Origin: Terriglobia bacterium
GTDB lineage: Bacteria > Acidobacteriota > Terriglobia > Terriglobales > Acidobacteriaceae
Direction: 5' to 3'
Length of the DNA stretch: 64,000 bases
NCBI GenBank assembly: GCA_963770085.1
Contig: CAVYOH010000001.1
Coordinates: forward strand, 528,164 to 592,163
The translations under genes were made by a program, and so were the position numbers. Of the stretch, positions 62,718 to 64,000 are shown in pieces; position 1 is the stretch's first letter, and the number at the start of each line of letters is the position of its first letter. The notes under the pieces were generated by a model. That model was not told where the DNA came from. It searched no databases and saw nothing but the letters and a program-made list of their open reading frames with translations.

Positions 62718-64000
62718 ATGGAAAAATCCGCCGTTGCATTCATCAATCCGGGCTCGAGAAAGACCTCGCCGGTGTCCATGATTACCGGGGTCTTCAGCCG
62801 CGACCATAAGGTCATTGGCAAGCAGTACTTCTTTTTGTCGCTGGCGGCGGTACTGATCGGCAGCCTGCTGTCTTTGCTGATGAGAATTCACCTGGTCTGG
62901 CCGCAGGCGCCGATTCCCTTCTTCGGTCAAATCAAGCCGGAAGATTATCTTGGCTTTCTTACTATTCACGGGACGTTGATGGTCTTCTTTGTGCTTTCAA
63001 CCGTGCCGCAAAATGGATTTGGAACGTATTTCCTTCCGTTGCAGCTGGGCGCTTCAGAGATGGCGTTTCCTGGACTGAATCGCGTCAGTTTCTGGACTAC
63101 GCTTGTTTCGTTGCTGGTTTTACTTTCGGCTTTTTTCGTGCCGGGCGGAGCTTCTATTGCTGGATGGACGCAATATCCGCCCTTGAGCGCTATTGGGGCT
63201 GCCGGCCCCGGCCAGAATCTGGGCACAGACCTGTGGCTGGCAAGCATCGGCCTGTTCTGCATTGGAAGCGTATTGAGCGCCATCAACTTTGTAACCACCA
63301 CAGTGAGAATGCGGACGCAGGGCATGACGTGGTTCCGCATGCCGCTTACCTGCTGGGCTTGGTTCATCACGGCCATATTAAGTCTGCTGGCCTTCAGCAT
63401 TCTGTTGGGGGCGCTGATTCTGCTTTTTCTGGATCGTCACGCAGGCACCAACTTCTTTGTGCCGTCAGGATTGGTTGTGAGCGGCCGGGCGATCACGCAG
63501 CACGCAGGGGGATCGCCGTTGCTATGGCAGCATCTCTTCTGGTTCTTCGGGCACCCGGAGGTCTACATCGCAATTCTGCCAGGAATGGGGCTCACCTCTC
63601 ATCTGCTTTCAGTGTTTAGCCGCAAGCCCGTGTTCGGATACAAGGCAATGGTCGCGGCGACGATTGCTATTGGCGCTATGGGCTTCATGGTGTGGGGCCA
63701 TCATATGTTTGTCAGCGGCATGGATCCGCATGTGGGCTTCGCATTTTCCACCTTGACCACCGCGATCGCAGTACCTTCGGCCATCAAGGTGTTCAATTGG
63801 CTGGGGACGATCTACGGCGGCAAGATTCGTTTCACCACGCCCATGCTGTTTTCCATCGGCTTTGTTTCGCTGTTCATTACCGGTGGATTGACCGGGCCGC
63901 TGCTGGCCCAGCCGGCGCTGGATGTCTATCTGCATGACACTTACTTTGTGGTGGCACATTTCCATCTGATCATGGCGATGGCCGGCCTGTTTGCCGTTTT
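62718..64000 (+). CDS. ctaD: cytochrome c oxidase subunit I, 3' end cut by window edge
   Basis: ATG 62718 (MEKSAVAFINPG...DHKVIGKQYFFLSL...). Open to the window end, with heme-copper oxidase motifs WFFGHPEVY and VWGHHMF. Confidence 0.9.
   Translation, partial: MEKSAVAFINPGSRKTSPVSMITGVFSRDHKVIGKQYFFLSLAAVLIGSLLSLLMRIHLVWPQAPIPFFGQIKPEDYLGFLTIHGTLMVFFVLSTVPQNGFGTYFLPLQLGASEMAFPGLNRVSFWTTLVSLLVLLSAFFVPGGASIAGWTQYPPLSAIGAAGPGQNLGTDLWLASIGLFCIGSVLSAINFVTTTVRMRTQGMTWFRMPLTCWAWFITAILSLLAFSILLGALILLFLDRHAGTNFFVPSGLVVSGRAITQHAGGSPLLWQHLFWFFGHPEVYIAILPGMGLTSHLLSVFSRKPVFGYKAMVAATIAIGAMGFMVWGHHMFVSGMDPHVGFAFSTLTTAIAVPSAIKVFNWLGTIYGGKIRFTTPMLFSIGFVSLFITGGLTGPLLAQPALDVYLHDTYFVVAHFHLIMAMAGLFAV

Overview
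This is a GC-rich 64-kb chromosomal segment, densely packed with housekeeping, envelope and stress genes. The gene set (BshC, a giant BNR/Asp-box exoprotein, a PlpD-like patatin-Omp85 protein, Ku plus LigD, many exported redox proteins) and the repeat style suggest a soil Acidobacteriota-type genome; that is inference only. About 60 protein genes and two tRNAs (Leu-UAA, Arg-ACG) can be supported. I saw no rRNA, CRISPR array, transposase, integrase or phage genes. Hunt highlights: (1) An exported AhpE-like peroxiredoxin has an in-frame TGA at the peroxidatic Cys codon, followed by hairpins. It is a candidate selenoprotein that the six-frame track splits into two ORFs (40288-40854, minus strand). 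(2) A promoter, a 21-codon Cys-rich leader ORF (MRTAMCDACCCCAAVYVHSGE) and an intrinsic terminator with hand-foldable alternative pairings lie upstream of a small TM peptide and a YeiH/UPF0324 transporter. This is a candidate cysteine-sensing ribosome-mediated attenuator (25358-25565). (3) A tandem duplication of about 0.99 kb carries a roughly 500-nt apparently non-coding leader plus a receiver-only response regulator. It is followed by a polypyrimidine tract of about 118 nt and a soluble PAS-PAS HisKA_3 kinase (33963-37660). (4) REP/BIME-like palindromic units (GTAGGGATCCCTCGC-N3-5-GCTCGGGAT) occur only in intergenic sites of the last 11 kb. (5) The coxB reading frame is broken by a +1 shift at an A4 run. 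(6) Two animal-type PTPS genes, FolE and an SDR form a pterin cluster. (7) Several promoter regions carry arrays of exactly three phased direct repeats. All homology calls come from motif recognition by eye; no database search was run.
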